NCBI GenBank assembly: GCA_964057225.1
Contig: OZ059895.1
Coordinates: 7,812,001 to 7,876,000 of the forward strand
Direction: 5' to 3'
Length of the DNA: 64,000 nt
DNA from: Auanema rhodensis
Taxonomy: Eukaryota; Animalia; Nematoda
This document shows, one piece after another, positions 38,716 through 52,000 of this stretch (within the stretch, counting starts at the first letter, position 1; each line of letters opens with the position of its first letter). Below the pieces are notes generated by a model. The model worked only from the letters and a program-made list of their open reading frames with translations. It was not told the origin of the DNA and did not search any database. The position numbers and the translations under genes were made by a program.

Positions 38716-41215
38716 ATGACTATTTCATTCCACGTAAATCCGGAGTATGCTCAAATCAATGAAATCACTCCGGGACTTTTCATATGTGGTGTTAGTGCTT
38801 TGAATGGAGAAACAATGAAAAAACACAAAATTACCCATATCATCAATGCTACTACAGAGGTAATTATAAAATTATTTATTATTATTTTTCAATTCTATAT
38901 AATACTATACTATACTACTTATCATGCTTATAACAATGATAAGTTTGTTATATTTTCACGGAATATATACACGTGATTAGAACTTTCTCACGTGAATAAT
39001 TGAATTAACATTTTTTTTTCATTTTGCACATTAGTTTATCGGATAATAGTTCATTTTTATTGTAAATGAACTGTATTTGAATTATTTGATGACGTAAGTA
39101 AGTACGATCACACAAGGTTGCATTCATTTCATATAATATTATATATAAAACAAGTTTTTGGCTGAGTATATGATAAAAAAATTTACATTTTAATACCAAT
39201 GAGACTTTCTGACAAATCAGATTACTATAGAGATTATCATTGTATATGAATGCTAAAGCATAATTAGAAAAACGTATAATTATAACTAATTAGATATTAA
39301 ATTTATATATTATCATATAGTTATCATTAATTATTCAAATATATTAAGGTTCCAAATATTCGATCGCTAGGAGATATTCAACGAACCAAATTATGGCTTG
39401 AAGATACTCCACAAACATACATCTATCCACATTTGGAATTACAAGCAGATCAAATTCAAGCAATTACTGTCGATGGTGGACGGGTTCTAGTTCATTGTGT
39501 TGCCGGCGTCAGCAGATCAGCTGCCATCTGCCTAGCATTCTTGTTGAAGTATAGGTAATTAACATCAAATCAACTTAAGCTTTAAACTTGAAAATAACAA
39601 AGAAATTTTGAATTTTCCTCTGAAAACGAAATTTTTTTCTCTCTATCATCTTAGTAATGATATTACAGATGTCGTTCACTTCGTGATGCTTACCATCTCA
39701 TGAAATCAAAACGTCCAATGGTTCGTCCAAATCTTGGCTTTTGGCGCCAATTAATTGCCTTCGAACAGGTATCATCTGTCAATTTAATTGTCTTCACTTT
39801 TAAAAAAAAGACATCAGCATCAATTTTTTTTTAATTTCTTCAAATTCTATCAAATGTGCATAGAAATTGAAAATGTCATGAGCATTTTCAAATATATTTT
39901 AAAACTTAACATGAAAATTGAGTGAATTGGTTGTTGAAATATGATCTTCATTTAACAATTATTCATGAATTGTTAAACATTATATTCTTAAATTCTTCTA
40001 ATTTTTAACAAAAAATTTTAAATTTTGAGGGAATTTTAAAAACAAAAAATTAAAAATGAAAATCAACTTAATCATTATCAAATAAATGAGAGAGTTGGTG
40101 ATTAAAGTATGAAAAGAGAATAAAAATGTATGATAAGCTGTGATTATACTATGTGATAACAAATCTTTTGTTCTGAAAAAAAATATTTTTAGATCTGAAA
40201 ATAGAATGAAAATTTGGGATTGTGATCCATGATTTGCCATTGAGTTCATGAAAATTATTAGAGAGATGAGAAAAAAAAAATTATTTAAGAAAAATAAATT
40301 TTTAATGAAAAATAAATAAACATCTTGATAATGTATATAATATTTCAGAATGTTAAAGAAAATAGTGGATCTGTTCGTTTGGTTCGAGATGAAGCTCAAC
40401 CAGAATGCTTACTTCCTGATGTTTACTGTACATTGGCTATCCAACCAAGACCTGCTGTTAGTTGTTTTTTCAATTGAATTTTCTTAAAATATTTAAACTA
40501 AACAAAACTATAAAACTAATATTTATAATAATGATAATAATAATATTGAAATATACGAATTGATTAACGCTTTCATATAATTCGTTATTGTATATTCAAC
40601 TAAATTCAGTTTCACATGCCCTATAATCCTTTACGAGTTATCAATTTCTCTTTCAATTGATTCAAATGTAATATTAATTTCATGAAACTGAAGAAACTAT
40701 TGAGTTGTTCCGTCATACTGTGGATGATTCATATCACATATCCGCCCTCGTTCTCAAAATTTCTTAGTTGAAAGTACAAAAAAAGAAACAAAAAAAATGT
40801 TTAAAACGGAAAGATAATGAATCAAATAAGCTTTATCTATGTCATGATTATGTGGCCAGATTATTTGAAATACCAAGTTTGATATGATTCAGATAAGACA
40901 AATAAGTTTAACTGATTGTTGTAAAATCAAATACTTTTCAATGAAACGAATTGAAGAAGTTACTCACATCTTAATCATTGAAATAGACGTTTCGAGCATG
41001 TTTATCGATATGATTCAAACTTTAATGATAATTGATATTGAAATATAAAATATAAAAAAACAATTACATCCATTAAATTAAATCTTTTTTAGAGCCCAGA
41101 ACAGGATGCTGAACGTCAACTGGACGAACCACGCGAACGTCGTAACTCAGATCGTCGTCCCAAGTTCCAACCAGTTTTGGAAACTTTAACTGAACTAGCA
41201 GAAGCTGTTTGCTAG
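38716..41215 (+). CDS. Atypical dual-specificity phosphatase, DUSP14/18/21-like (226 aa; resembles C. elegans F26A3.4)
   Basis: Exons 38716-38859, 39349-39554, 39669-39768, 40349-40456, 41093-41215 (681 nt). Catalytic VHCVAGVSRS, general-acid WLEDTP, and RPMVRPNLGFWRQLIAFEQ are present; no rhodanese/KIM domain. Confidence 0.95.
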
Positions 41216-42829
41216 GTAGCATGTCTCGTTAACCAGATGAAACATACTAAAAAGCTCATATACATTATATATTACATATATAATACATATGTATATACTT
41301 ACATATATAGAATAATTTAATTTTCTTGATAGACCTTCATCCCTCTATATCTATCCCATCCTTCTACATCATTTTCGTTAATTTGTTCTTCTGTCCTATC
41401 TTAATTTCTTTCTTTTCCTTCAGTATTTTATGTATAGAAAATCTGATTAATTCTTGCATCAAGAACATCATTATACTTAACAAACTGACGAATATTTGAA
41501 ACAAAAAAAACATTTTTTTGTTTGTTTTCTGAAGTTTTATAGTATAATATGATATACAATCTACTATTATTATCAACTTTTTTTTTAAAAATTATGTATA
41601 TAAGCAGTAGAGAATATTACCATTCTCTACAGTTTTCTCTATGAGGTATTGCCATTGTGTCAAACAAAAAACTTAGCTGGATAGCATATAAGCTTTATAC
41701 GTCTTTATTTTTTTAAATTTTAATTAACCTCTCTACATAACTATCTTATAAACCAACAGTCAATCAGTTATAACCTGATTGGTTAATATAGCATTTAAAA
41801 TTCCATTTACGGGTCTTTTCCTCTATTATGTTTTTTAAACTTTTCCCCATCAATACTGTTTCCAAATTAACAACTTTCTCTCTCTTTCTCTCTCTCTCAA
41901 TCTCTCCCTTTCTCTCACGCTTACTTTTCCTCTTTTCTCTCTCTCTCCCTCTTTCTCTTCAATTATCAATCTATTTTACTGTATTCTCGGTCTGTCATCA
42001 CAATTTGATCAAGTTCATAAACAAAGTCTAGCCTCATTTTCAAATATAGTAACGATTATTGTTTTATAACCTCCCACTTTGATTGATTCTTGTATATTGT
42101 CACATTTGGTAAATTTCTACGGTTTCATCTAGTTCATTTCTTAGCAAAAATCAACACATCTTACATGAAATATGGGTAATTCTCAAGGTTTTACTGTTAC
42201 TTACTCTTGTTTATCTCTTTGAAATTCCCTGTTTTTTTGTTCATTTGAACTGAAGAATATATAAATCATTTAATATGTAATTTATATTTTGTATAATACA
42301 TACAAACATATCAACTTTGTCTTCTAGCATGATAACGCGTATAGAATAGAATATCAATGATATAATCATAAATATATAGTATATATACATATAGTATAGT
42401 ACAGCTTTTTTTTTCGTTTTCTTTTATTAATTTATCAAAAAAAAAAATCAATAACTGAACCTGAAATAAACAGTATCAAAATTATTTTTTTTTGTATCAA
42501 AGAAATATGCATTTCATCGATGAACCATTAAAAACTATGGCTGAGATACATCAGCGATAGATTTGCATTGGAAAGTAGTACAACATGTTCAACTCGCTCG
42601 CCTTTTTTCATTTTTATTTCGAGAAATTGATTGTTTAACTTCATTTTTTGTTCATTTTATTTGAAAATATTTGCTATATTTCTTCTAATTTGTTTCAGAA
42701 TATATTCTCATTTACGAAGATAATTGATAATAAATATCTTGATCGTTACGTCTTGACAATCATGATCTGAGGATAAATAGAATGTATACTGATACAAAGA
42801 ATATACATACCTTTGGCAGCTATAGTGAT

Positions 42830-42976
42830 ATGAGTCTAAGCGATGAATATGAGAGTACTCTACAGCCTAGGTTTTACACTTTCTTAAACATGGTTAACAA
42901 CTTTGTAAATCCGCTTTAGTTCTCTAGGCAGCCGATCTTTGAGTGACGAAGATGAACTATCAGCACGAAATCAAAG
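42830..42976 (+). CDS. Candidate alternative 5' coding exons of the TRPM gene
   Basis: Exons 42830-42870 and 42920-42976 (49-nt GT-AG intron) encode MSLSDEYESTLQPSSLGSRSLSDEDELSARNQR. They end in a strong AG|GTACGT phase-2 donor compatible with the TRPM exon at 49554. Confidence 0.5.
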
Positions 42977-43080
42977 GTACGTTTAATCTATATAGATTAT
43001 ATTTTCTTTCCTTTAATTCTTGAAATGATTGATTGCTGCTTTCGGGGGTAAACGAACTACGATAATTGAAAATATTTCAA

Positions 43081-43153
43081 GATCTCGTGGTGTAGTGGTT
43101 ATCACATCTGTCTAACACACAGAAGGCCGGCGGTTCGAGCCCGCCCGAGATCA
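43081..43153 (+). tRNA. tRNA-Val(AAC)
   Basis: Identical 73-nt body to the copy at 25780; cloverleaf with AAC anticodon; TATGTTTT trailer. Confidence 0.97.
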
Positions 43154-44225
43154 TATGTTTTAAAATTTTAATGTAACTGTTGTTCAGAGTAAGTATTTGG
43201 GTTTTCTTTCTTATTGCCAATTGAATCTGAATTTTTGCTTTCATTTTTTTTATTTTTATATTGTGGCAATCTTAAAATAGTATTCATAGAAAAAGTTTTT
43301 TTTGGGGTATTTAGTTAATCTTCTTAACATTTCACTCAATGGCTTCTGATCTGTATCATATATATTTTACATTCTTATGACAATCTCATTATTCGAGCGT
43401 AAAGTTAAAAGAAACAACTTGAAATCAGCTCAAAACCATTCATTCTATTCACTTGAAAGTCGATACTATCAAAGTCGATACTATTGAATGAATATTGTCT
43501 TTCTAATATTAATTTATATTTCGAAAAGTATTTGATAAACCAATATTTTTTTTTTAAATTTTCAATATAATGTTTTGAATAATAATAATAATAATAATAT
43601 TCATAAGTAATAAAAGGATATTTGCAAATTTATCAACAACTAGCAGGAAAAATGAAAGATGTTAGTATGCCATCCGTTTACTCAACTTTTGTTCTCATTT
43701 TCATATCCTTTCAAAATTTTGCTCATATATTGTGTTATGAGTATTTCCTGAACAAACTCTGAATTCTCATCTTGGCATTCTAAGTTTTGGGCTTTTTTAT
43801 TCTGACAAAGGATTCATCTTCTTTCAAAAAAAAAAACATATACAACGCATTTATTCTAACTCTTTTCTTAGCGCAGAAAAATGTAAAAAAATCTTTTCTA
43901 TTCATTTTCTATTCAAACAGCTTTCACAAAAGTCTCGAACTACCTTTTTCTGGTATAATTATGTAATGTCGTTCTTTTTTCTCTACGTAATTCAAAAATT
44001 CTTTTACGTGTATGAATATGCCGCTTGTAGTCAAATTCTCCAACAATCTTAGTAATTTGTAGTATTTTTTATATATTTTCATCATATTTCAGAAGAATAT
44101 TAAAGTCAGGTTTATTCAAATTTATTATTTCCTTCTTAATTAATGTACCTATTCTCTTTCTAATATAAGATGTCACCGCTTAAAACTGTATTCTGATCAT
44201 AGTACAGTTTTTGGAGTGATTCAGG

Positions 44226-44298
44226 GATCTCGTGGTGTAGTGGTTATCACATCTGTCTAACACACAGAAGGCCGGCGGTTCGAGCCCGCCCGAGATCA
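44226..44298 (+). tRNA. tRNA-Val(AAC)
   Basis: Identical 73-nt body; followed by TTACATTTT. Confidence 0.97.
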
Positions 44299-45557
44299 TT
44301 ACATTTTGAAATTTTATATCAAAAAATGTTCTTGTTCTTTCTGCGAATGTATACTTTAAATTTTGTCTCAAGATACAAAGAGTTTGAAGTAATTAAGAGA
44401 TCTGTTATTTAGGTGAATTCGAGTGATATATTGAATTTCTTTTTGAAAACTTCATTGTATATTCATGGAAGTTCTACTTAATTATCCTCTGGTAACAGAA
44501 TGAGTTTTGACTCCTTCTGAATTTGCAGTGTAAATTTACTGTTTTCTGTTTCAAAAAAATGAAAAATATTTGATTCAATTCACAAAATTTAAGTACCAGA
44601 AAAGTAAATAAACAATGCATGAGGAAACCAATAAACTAAACAAATAGCTAAAGTAGAAGAAACTGGAATACATGATAGAACAATTTTATAGTTAAAAAAA
44701 AAAAACTATACCTAATTATGCGAGAAAGAAAATATGAAAACAACGTATTCTTGTGTAGTCTTTACAGTCATAATTCTGTTGTCTGTCTTTACAAAAATTT
44801 CCAAAAAAAAATACTATATATGTATGTGTATATGAGTATATTATATATTTATAGTTTTCTTAAGTTTTAAAAAGAGTGAAAGAGAAAGAAAGAGAGAGAG
44901 TGAGAGTAAGAGAGAGAGAAATGGAAGGTTAGTATTGGTGGGTAGGATGTTGAAAGAGAAGGAGGAGTAGCAGATGATGACAACACCAAAGAGCTTCTAA
45001 TTTGTTTTTCACAAATAATTTTAAATGTTCATTTTTTCTTACTTTGTACACAGATGTTCAAGTTGAACGTCATCATCTGTTTAATTAACTTCATTGATTC
45101 TTCTTTATTTTTTTCAATATTTTTAATTCGAATATGCAACATTTATATTTAACTATACAGTTATATAGTTATATATAGTTATATATATATATATTTAAAT
45201 ATGTGTATATATAAATGGATATGTACGTATACATATGTACAAACATATATACATGTAGATGAGATTTATATAATCTTTTCTTGGAAATACATTATATATA
45301 TATATATCAAAAAAGAATATATGTATAAACATATAATGTTGTTTTTCCTTTTTATTCAAAAAGCATTAGTTTACTAATTTATCAATTTTTTTCGGTTCAA
45401 TATTTATGTTTGGGTATTGAAAGTAATGAAGAGAACAACGCCTCAACGGTTTCAGGTCTGCTCATTCATTCAACTACCCATTCATTCTCATTCATTCACT
45501 CACAGTGCCCTCTCTCAATTCTTCACACTCATACACAAGTTTTTAAACATTCTTTAT

Positions 45558-45593
<36 letters not shown>

Positions 45594-46030
45594 TATTTAT
45601 ATTAATAAAAAACTTATCATATATTCATTTAAAAACACTGAAATATACTAATTCAAAATACAGCTACACAGCTTTATCAAAAAGTATTCAATATATATAT
45701 TATTACTAGTGATATGTGCATGTATTATCATTCAAAATCACTATATCTATATATCTGTTATTCCAGTATATTTACCTATTCTCATGATAAAAGCTTGTCT
45801 TCAAATCGTATTGACATTTATTGAATTCTACAAGTTCAATTTTATAATCGATTTGATATTTCATTCTTAATTGATTCGTTTATTTGTCGCTTCTGTAAAC
45901 TTTTTTTTTTTTTCGAAATTAATGAGCATAAATAATATTTTATTATTATTATTTAATTGAAGTAATATCGTATGCCTTCATCTTTATACCGGAATTACTG
46001 ATCTCTAAGCATTAGTTGCCAGTGCTTAAC

Positions 46031-49000
46031 ATGGCTTCATTATTCGAAAAGCGAAGACGGAAAGCATCCGATCGGTTTGTTGATTATTTATTTATTTTTT
46101 TCATGTACTTTTTCTTTATCATCTGTTTTCTCTTAATTAGTTTCTCTTATCTTTATACTCTTATTGAACTATAATAACTTTATATGTATGTAATGATACA
46201 TATGTATATTAAACTATATGTTACTATCACTTAATCTTAGGTTTTTTGAATCACATCCTGAGAAAGTATCTACTATTTACTTGAAATTTTTCTTTCCTCT
46301 ATTACAACTTGACAGCTGAATTTTATCATATGACAACAAGTTTGTGATAAATCGCTCAAAACGTTGCAGCATGTTCACGTTAAATTTGTTCAATTAGCTC
46401 TATTTTATTATCATTAAACTGGTTGCAGATTTAATTTTCAAATAACTATCACATATTTTATAAATTAATAGTGATTTCAAACACTTTAAGAAAACATATG
46501 TTAGTTTTGATATTATCAAATAAATTTTATTTCCACCTTCTCCTAGCATCTCACAATCATATAATTTTTCTATTTTCTATGAATTCTTACTACACATATT
46601 CCACATTTTTGAAAAGGGAACAGTATGAATTTTGAAGTTTTTACCAAAAACTAATTTTATCCTTTTAGGTACAAATGGTCTTTTCATAGAAATTACATTT
46701 ATCTTCTTTGGCTTTCATTTTGTTTGTTTTCTTGTTGATAAGATTAATATAAGACTGATCTTCAAAATTGACAAATAATTTTTTGAAAATAAGGATAATA
46801 AGGATTAAAATAAGAAATTTAACTCATTTTTCTTTCATCTTATTCTTTGTTTTCATTATAATTAATGGAAATACACACATATACTATATGTAATCTATAA
46901 TTGAATGTTTTGTATTTACTTTCTTTCTGTTTAAGAATTCAAGTTTCAACAAAATTATTCAAATATTGAGTACAAAGTATCATTGACGACTTCCAGCATT
47001 CGTCTTATTCTTCAAATTAACTTCAAATTTTCCCTTCTTTTACATTTTTTTCTTTTTTTTTGTTCTCTCTCTCTATCTATCTTTTTTTCTCTCTCATATT
47101 CTTTATTTCAATTTATCATCAAAAACAGATTTTCCCAGACATTTTCAAAAGTTTTTTATGAACTCAACAATATTGATATCAGAATATTCAGTAAGATTTA
47201 TCCATTTATATTATTTTGAAAAAGAAAAAAATAGTTGACAATATTAAAACTTCATCATCATTATGAAATTGAAAATTAAATCAAGACCTTTTTCATCATA
47301 TTGTTTACAAGAAATTTCAACTATACTATTATAAATATATAATTAAATAATAGTTAGTAAATAAATAAAAATTTATTAGAGAAAACTTCATTTGATCATA
47401 CATATTTTCATCAATTTGTCTGACTATTATTTCCACAAAGGAAATGAAAGCAAAAGAGGTGGGGGGGGGTTGGGTTTGAGATGATGTTCACCCAATTCCT
47501 ACACTACTTGTAACCACATATTCCGTACAACAGTGAATACTGCCAAACTGAATTTATTATATTTGAAAGTAATTCAAAGCAATTTTGTTCGATATAACAG
47601 ATGCATTGATGTTATATTTCCTGTGCTCAATAAGAACTTTCATAAGAGTTGTAACCCATTTTACGAAGTTAACTCATTCTTCTGGCGGGCAACACTAACA
47701 TATTGTTCGGAAAAGAAGGTTTTCTTTTTACATGAATATACCTTTTTTAAATTATATTTTCGAAGGGAAATATGTATTATATGTATATATATAGATATAT
47801 ATCTTCAACTATCATTGTCAAAGAAAAAAATGTTTTTAAAGTTTTTTTTCATCAGCAAAAAAAAAACTTACAATCTATTACTTCCATGTTACATTGGAGT
47901 CGCTTGCTGCATTACAATGATTTTTCAAGTTTTGAATCTATTTTCTTATCTGCTATGAAGCATGTACCATCATAGTTCATTTTTCTCATCGTCTGGAACA
48001 ACATGATAGTCAGTTGAATTTTGTTTGGACGGGAATAAATAGATATGGCTTAATTCGTATTACCCGGGATTCCTATACATACATACATATATGTATAAGA
48101 ATTTATATATAATATATATATATTATGTTATAGCTATATAATATTTTACAAAATATTATAAATTAAAGAAAAATTTAATAAAATTCAACTGAAAGCATAA
48201 CTCTAACTTACCATTATACTACGTTCCCTTACGTTTCGAAATACAGCTTTTCCCTTATTTTTAACTAATTATGGAAACAAGAATTGAACTTTTGTTTCTT
48301 GAGCCAACTTTCTTATAATACAGTTTGAAAAAGAAAAAAAAAGGAATAAGCAGAGATAAAATGAATTAGAATGCCTTGAAAAAAAGAAAAAAAAGTAAAA
48401 ATGAACATCTATAGCTAAACAAATGAAAGATTTGTCATTAAATATTTATCTGTCAGTTTTATTTAACAAATAAAAGATTAGTTAACTCTATGTACCTATA
48501 GTTCATAAACAATTTGCAAAAGATTTTGAGATTTTAAAAACTTTTTTCTCCAACTTAACACTGCTTAAATCAACTTTTTTGCATTATTTCTCTATTTTAT
48601 TTGTATTTATTCATACAAATAATAAAATATATCATGGTATTTACTGATAATGATGATATATCTCACTTAACTAGGTATTTTTAATTATTTTAGATTTTAT
48701 GTTAACTTTTGAATGAGCAAAGTAGTAGATAGATAGGTTTTCCCTCTTCATTTAAACGGAACATTTGAAGACTCATTAGATGCAAGCCCATAGTTTCTCT
48801 AGTTTCAATTTCTAAATCGAGTAAAACCTATCGGGCTATGTACCCTCAGGCTGAATTCATCTCTTGCTATTTGTTCATTTATCTTTATGCACAAAATGAC
48901 AATTTCAAAAATCATTCAAGTAAAAAGTTTGAAGAACGTCATTTCAATTTTCACTTTTTCTTTTTTTTCCTTTTTTTCTGAGAAAAAATAATAATATTAT

Positions 49001-52000
49001 TCCATTTTCAAAGTTATTTTTGATATCAAATTAAATCAATTGTATCTCAATATCATATGATATGATTAGACTTCGTAATCCTTTTTATCAATATTTAAAA
49101 AAATATATATTAATATAATTAAGTTTAAACCTTTATTTCTATTTTTTTTTTCTAAAGAAGTAACATTTTTTTCCTCATTTTCTTCATAAAATTAAAAGAA
49201 AATATTGTCTTTTGAACTAATCTTTACAACCAATGTTAAAGGGGTAATTAAAAGATAATTTAGAGCTAATTCACTTGGACAACTGTTGACAATAGTTTTA
49301 AACAACCATTAGATAATTGAATTTACTGTTATTTTTTATAAATTTAAAGATGAATATGGTTTTAGAATTCTTCAAGTTATTCCTTTTTTTATATAGTTAT
49401 TTCACATAAGACGAAAATGCAAATCGAGTAATAGGTTTCAACTTTTTGGGAAAAAAAGGTTTCACAACAAAAAATGTGGACGAAAACCTAATTTTCCTTT
49501 TTTTCTATTTCTATTCTCTTAAATAATATTTTTTTAAACATGTAATTATTTAGGACTCTTTCGTTTGTGGCTCGGAATCTTCACGTACCACGAAATTCTG
49601 TCTGTGGTGGAACAATCCACAGCCTGGCTGCTTCCATGAAGTCGGGCGAAGTATCAAGGAAAAATACTAAAATTCTTTTAGATAATCCAAATTTATTTGC
49701 TAGAGCTCTTGTAAGTATTATTATTTATTTTTGTTTTTCATAATATCTTTCAATATTTTATTATCAATTGAATTTAAATATTTTAGTCTGAAAAGCTAAC
49801 AGGTCCTTGGATAGAACATGCATTTGAAAAACGTGAATGTATAAAGTTTGTAGCTCAACGACTTAGCTCTGATAGGTATGTTGAGAAGTTGAATTTGAAT
49901 CGTCGGCGAAAACTCAAAAAGTACTTTGTGGCTCAGCGGAAACGGCTCGCATTTGAATTTCATTAAGCTATTACTCTTGAGTTTGAACAAAAAATTTAAG
50001 CTAGATTGAACTCTGTTGCCGGATAACTCAAGGTCATTTCATTCAGTGGATTTGAATGAGTAGCAATAAAATCATTTTTCGACTTTTCTTTTGTATAAAT
50101 TTTGATTCAATAAGTACAACATAGAAGAATTCGCAAAACATAATGATATATTCAAATATTATATTTCATATTATTAGATGTGGATGTGGACGATTGCTGG
50201 TAGCACATTCTCAATTAGCTCAAAGTCGTTTTACCATCTTTGGAGGTCATGATACATTGAATCAATCTTTAAATGATGACAAGATACAATCCCCGTTACC
50301 ACAGCAATTACATCCAAATGTAGCATTATCACCAACAGAACAATGGTCAATAGCTCGACATACACATACTGCTCCAACAGATGCATTTGGTACAATTGTT
50401 TTTCAGGTAGCTAGCATATAAGCTTTTTTTATTTATTCAACGTGAAAAAAAAATTTCATTTTATTTTTCAAGGGAGGTGCACATGCTCACAAAGCTCAAT
50501 ATGTGCGACTTGGATATGATTCAAAACCTGAAGATATTATGTATCTTATGGAAAAAGTATGGGGTTTACAACCACCCAACTTAGTCATAACCGTTCATGG
50601 TGGCATGACGAATTTCGAGTCAGATTTTAAGTTTTTCATGTATATATCTTACTTTGCAAGTTTTAGAGTTCAAGAGAAGTTAGGACGTTCATTTCGGGAA
50701 GGTATTCTGAAAGCTGCACAAACGACAGGCGCTTGGATTTTAACCGGCGGATTAGATTCTGGTGTTGTCCGACATGTAGCTCAAGCATTAGATGAAGCTG
50801 GTATATCAGCAAGGTGACTTTATTCGCTGATAAAGCTTAAATCACATTAAAGAAACATTTCAGAATGAGGTCGAAAATCATTACAATTGGAATAGCGCCA
50901 TGGGGTGTAATCAAACGAAGAGAACGACTAGTACGTTTTCAAATGAAAGCTGATGAAAATGAAATTATTTGTTCTGCTACAGGTAGCCAAAGATACGGAA
51001 ATTCAATATGATTCTCATTCATTTGGATCGTCAAGTGGATTAGGCATTTTGAATGATCGTCACTCATATTTCTTATTAGCTGATAATGGCACGAGTGGAC
51101 GTTTTGGAGCTGATTTACATCTTCGACAGAATTTTGAGAATTATTTAGTTGAAATGCCAAATGATAAATCACATCGAAAAGTAAATAATAAAACAAGTAT
51201 ATGTATAGGAAAATCAATGATTTTGTTTGAAGGTACCAGTTGTTTGTGCTGTTCTTGAAGGTGGAACAAGCACAATTAAGGCTGTTCATCAATATGTTAC
51301 TCAGTAAGATCATCAATATTATGTTATAAGCATTCACATGTATACACTATTCTTCAGAAAACCAGATATTCCGGTAATTGTATGTGATGGTAGTGGTCGA
51401 GCATCTGATTTATTATCATTTGCCTGTCGTTACATAGAATCTGATGAGTATGATTATTCAATATTTGATGTGGAATGTTTTTTGTGTGTATTTCAGGCCA
51501 TTTCCTACTGAAGTACGTGATCAGCTATTGACATTGATATCAACTGTTTTTCCTGATCATAATGGACGAGCTTCTGAACAATTATTAGATACAATCATAG
51601 AATGTGCTCGTAGGCCTGATTTGGTATTATGAAATAATTAAAAGATAACTCACATAAATATTTATAATTTCAGTTAACTATATACCGATTTGGAGATGAA
51701 AAACAAGAAGATGTAGATCATTCAATTCTAACTGCTGTTCTTCGGGGTCATAATTTAAGTTTACCAGATCAGGTATCTTTAGTTTATAACGTTTGTACCA
51801 AAAGGTAATAATGTATATTGTTTAGTTGGCTTTGACATTGTCTTGGAATCGTGTAGATGTTGCCCGTTCTTGTCTCTTTTCGGGTGGCAGAAACTGGCCA
51901 ATTCATCATTTACATGCAGCAATGAGTGAAGCTCTTCGGTTAGATAGGGTAAAGCTTTGTACAAATTCAAAACAAATTGTTATTTTTGAATTTGTTTTTA

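Larger units (their letters stand above)
26209..38995. promoter_or_regulatory. Large non-coding interval with a cluster of TCACGTG/TCATGTG E-boxes and a CRE
   Basis: CACGTG at 26210, 28035, 30221, 31568, 33260, 35219, 35749, 37067, 38970 and 38989, all reading TCACGTG on at least one strand. TCATGTG/CACATGA at 27128, 27159, 27171, 30396, 32345, 33902, 36792 and 36939. TGACGTCA at 30763. Confidence 0.55.

Noticed and set aside
43457-43485. Tandem duplication AAAGTCGATACTAT x2 between tRNA copies
   Set aside because: Isolated short duplication with no terminal inverted repeats or element body; likely slippage or a repair scar.
44180-44371. 63-aa ORF on the minus strand
   Set aside because: Antisense translation of the tRNA-Val gene.
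3143-44553. piRNA (21U) Ruby motif CTGTTTCA at about 3143(-), 17362(-), 38224(+) and 44546(+)
   Set aside because: Four scattered hits are near chance expectation for 64 kb of AT-rich DNA, with no clustering.
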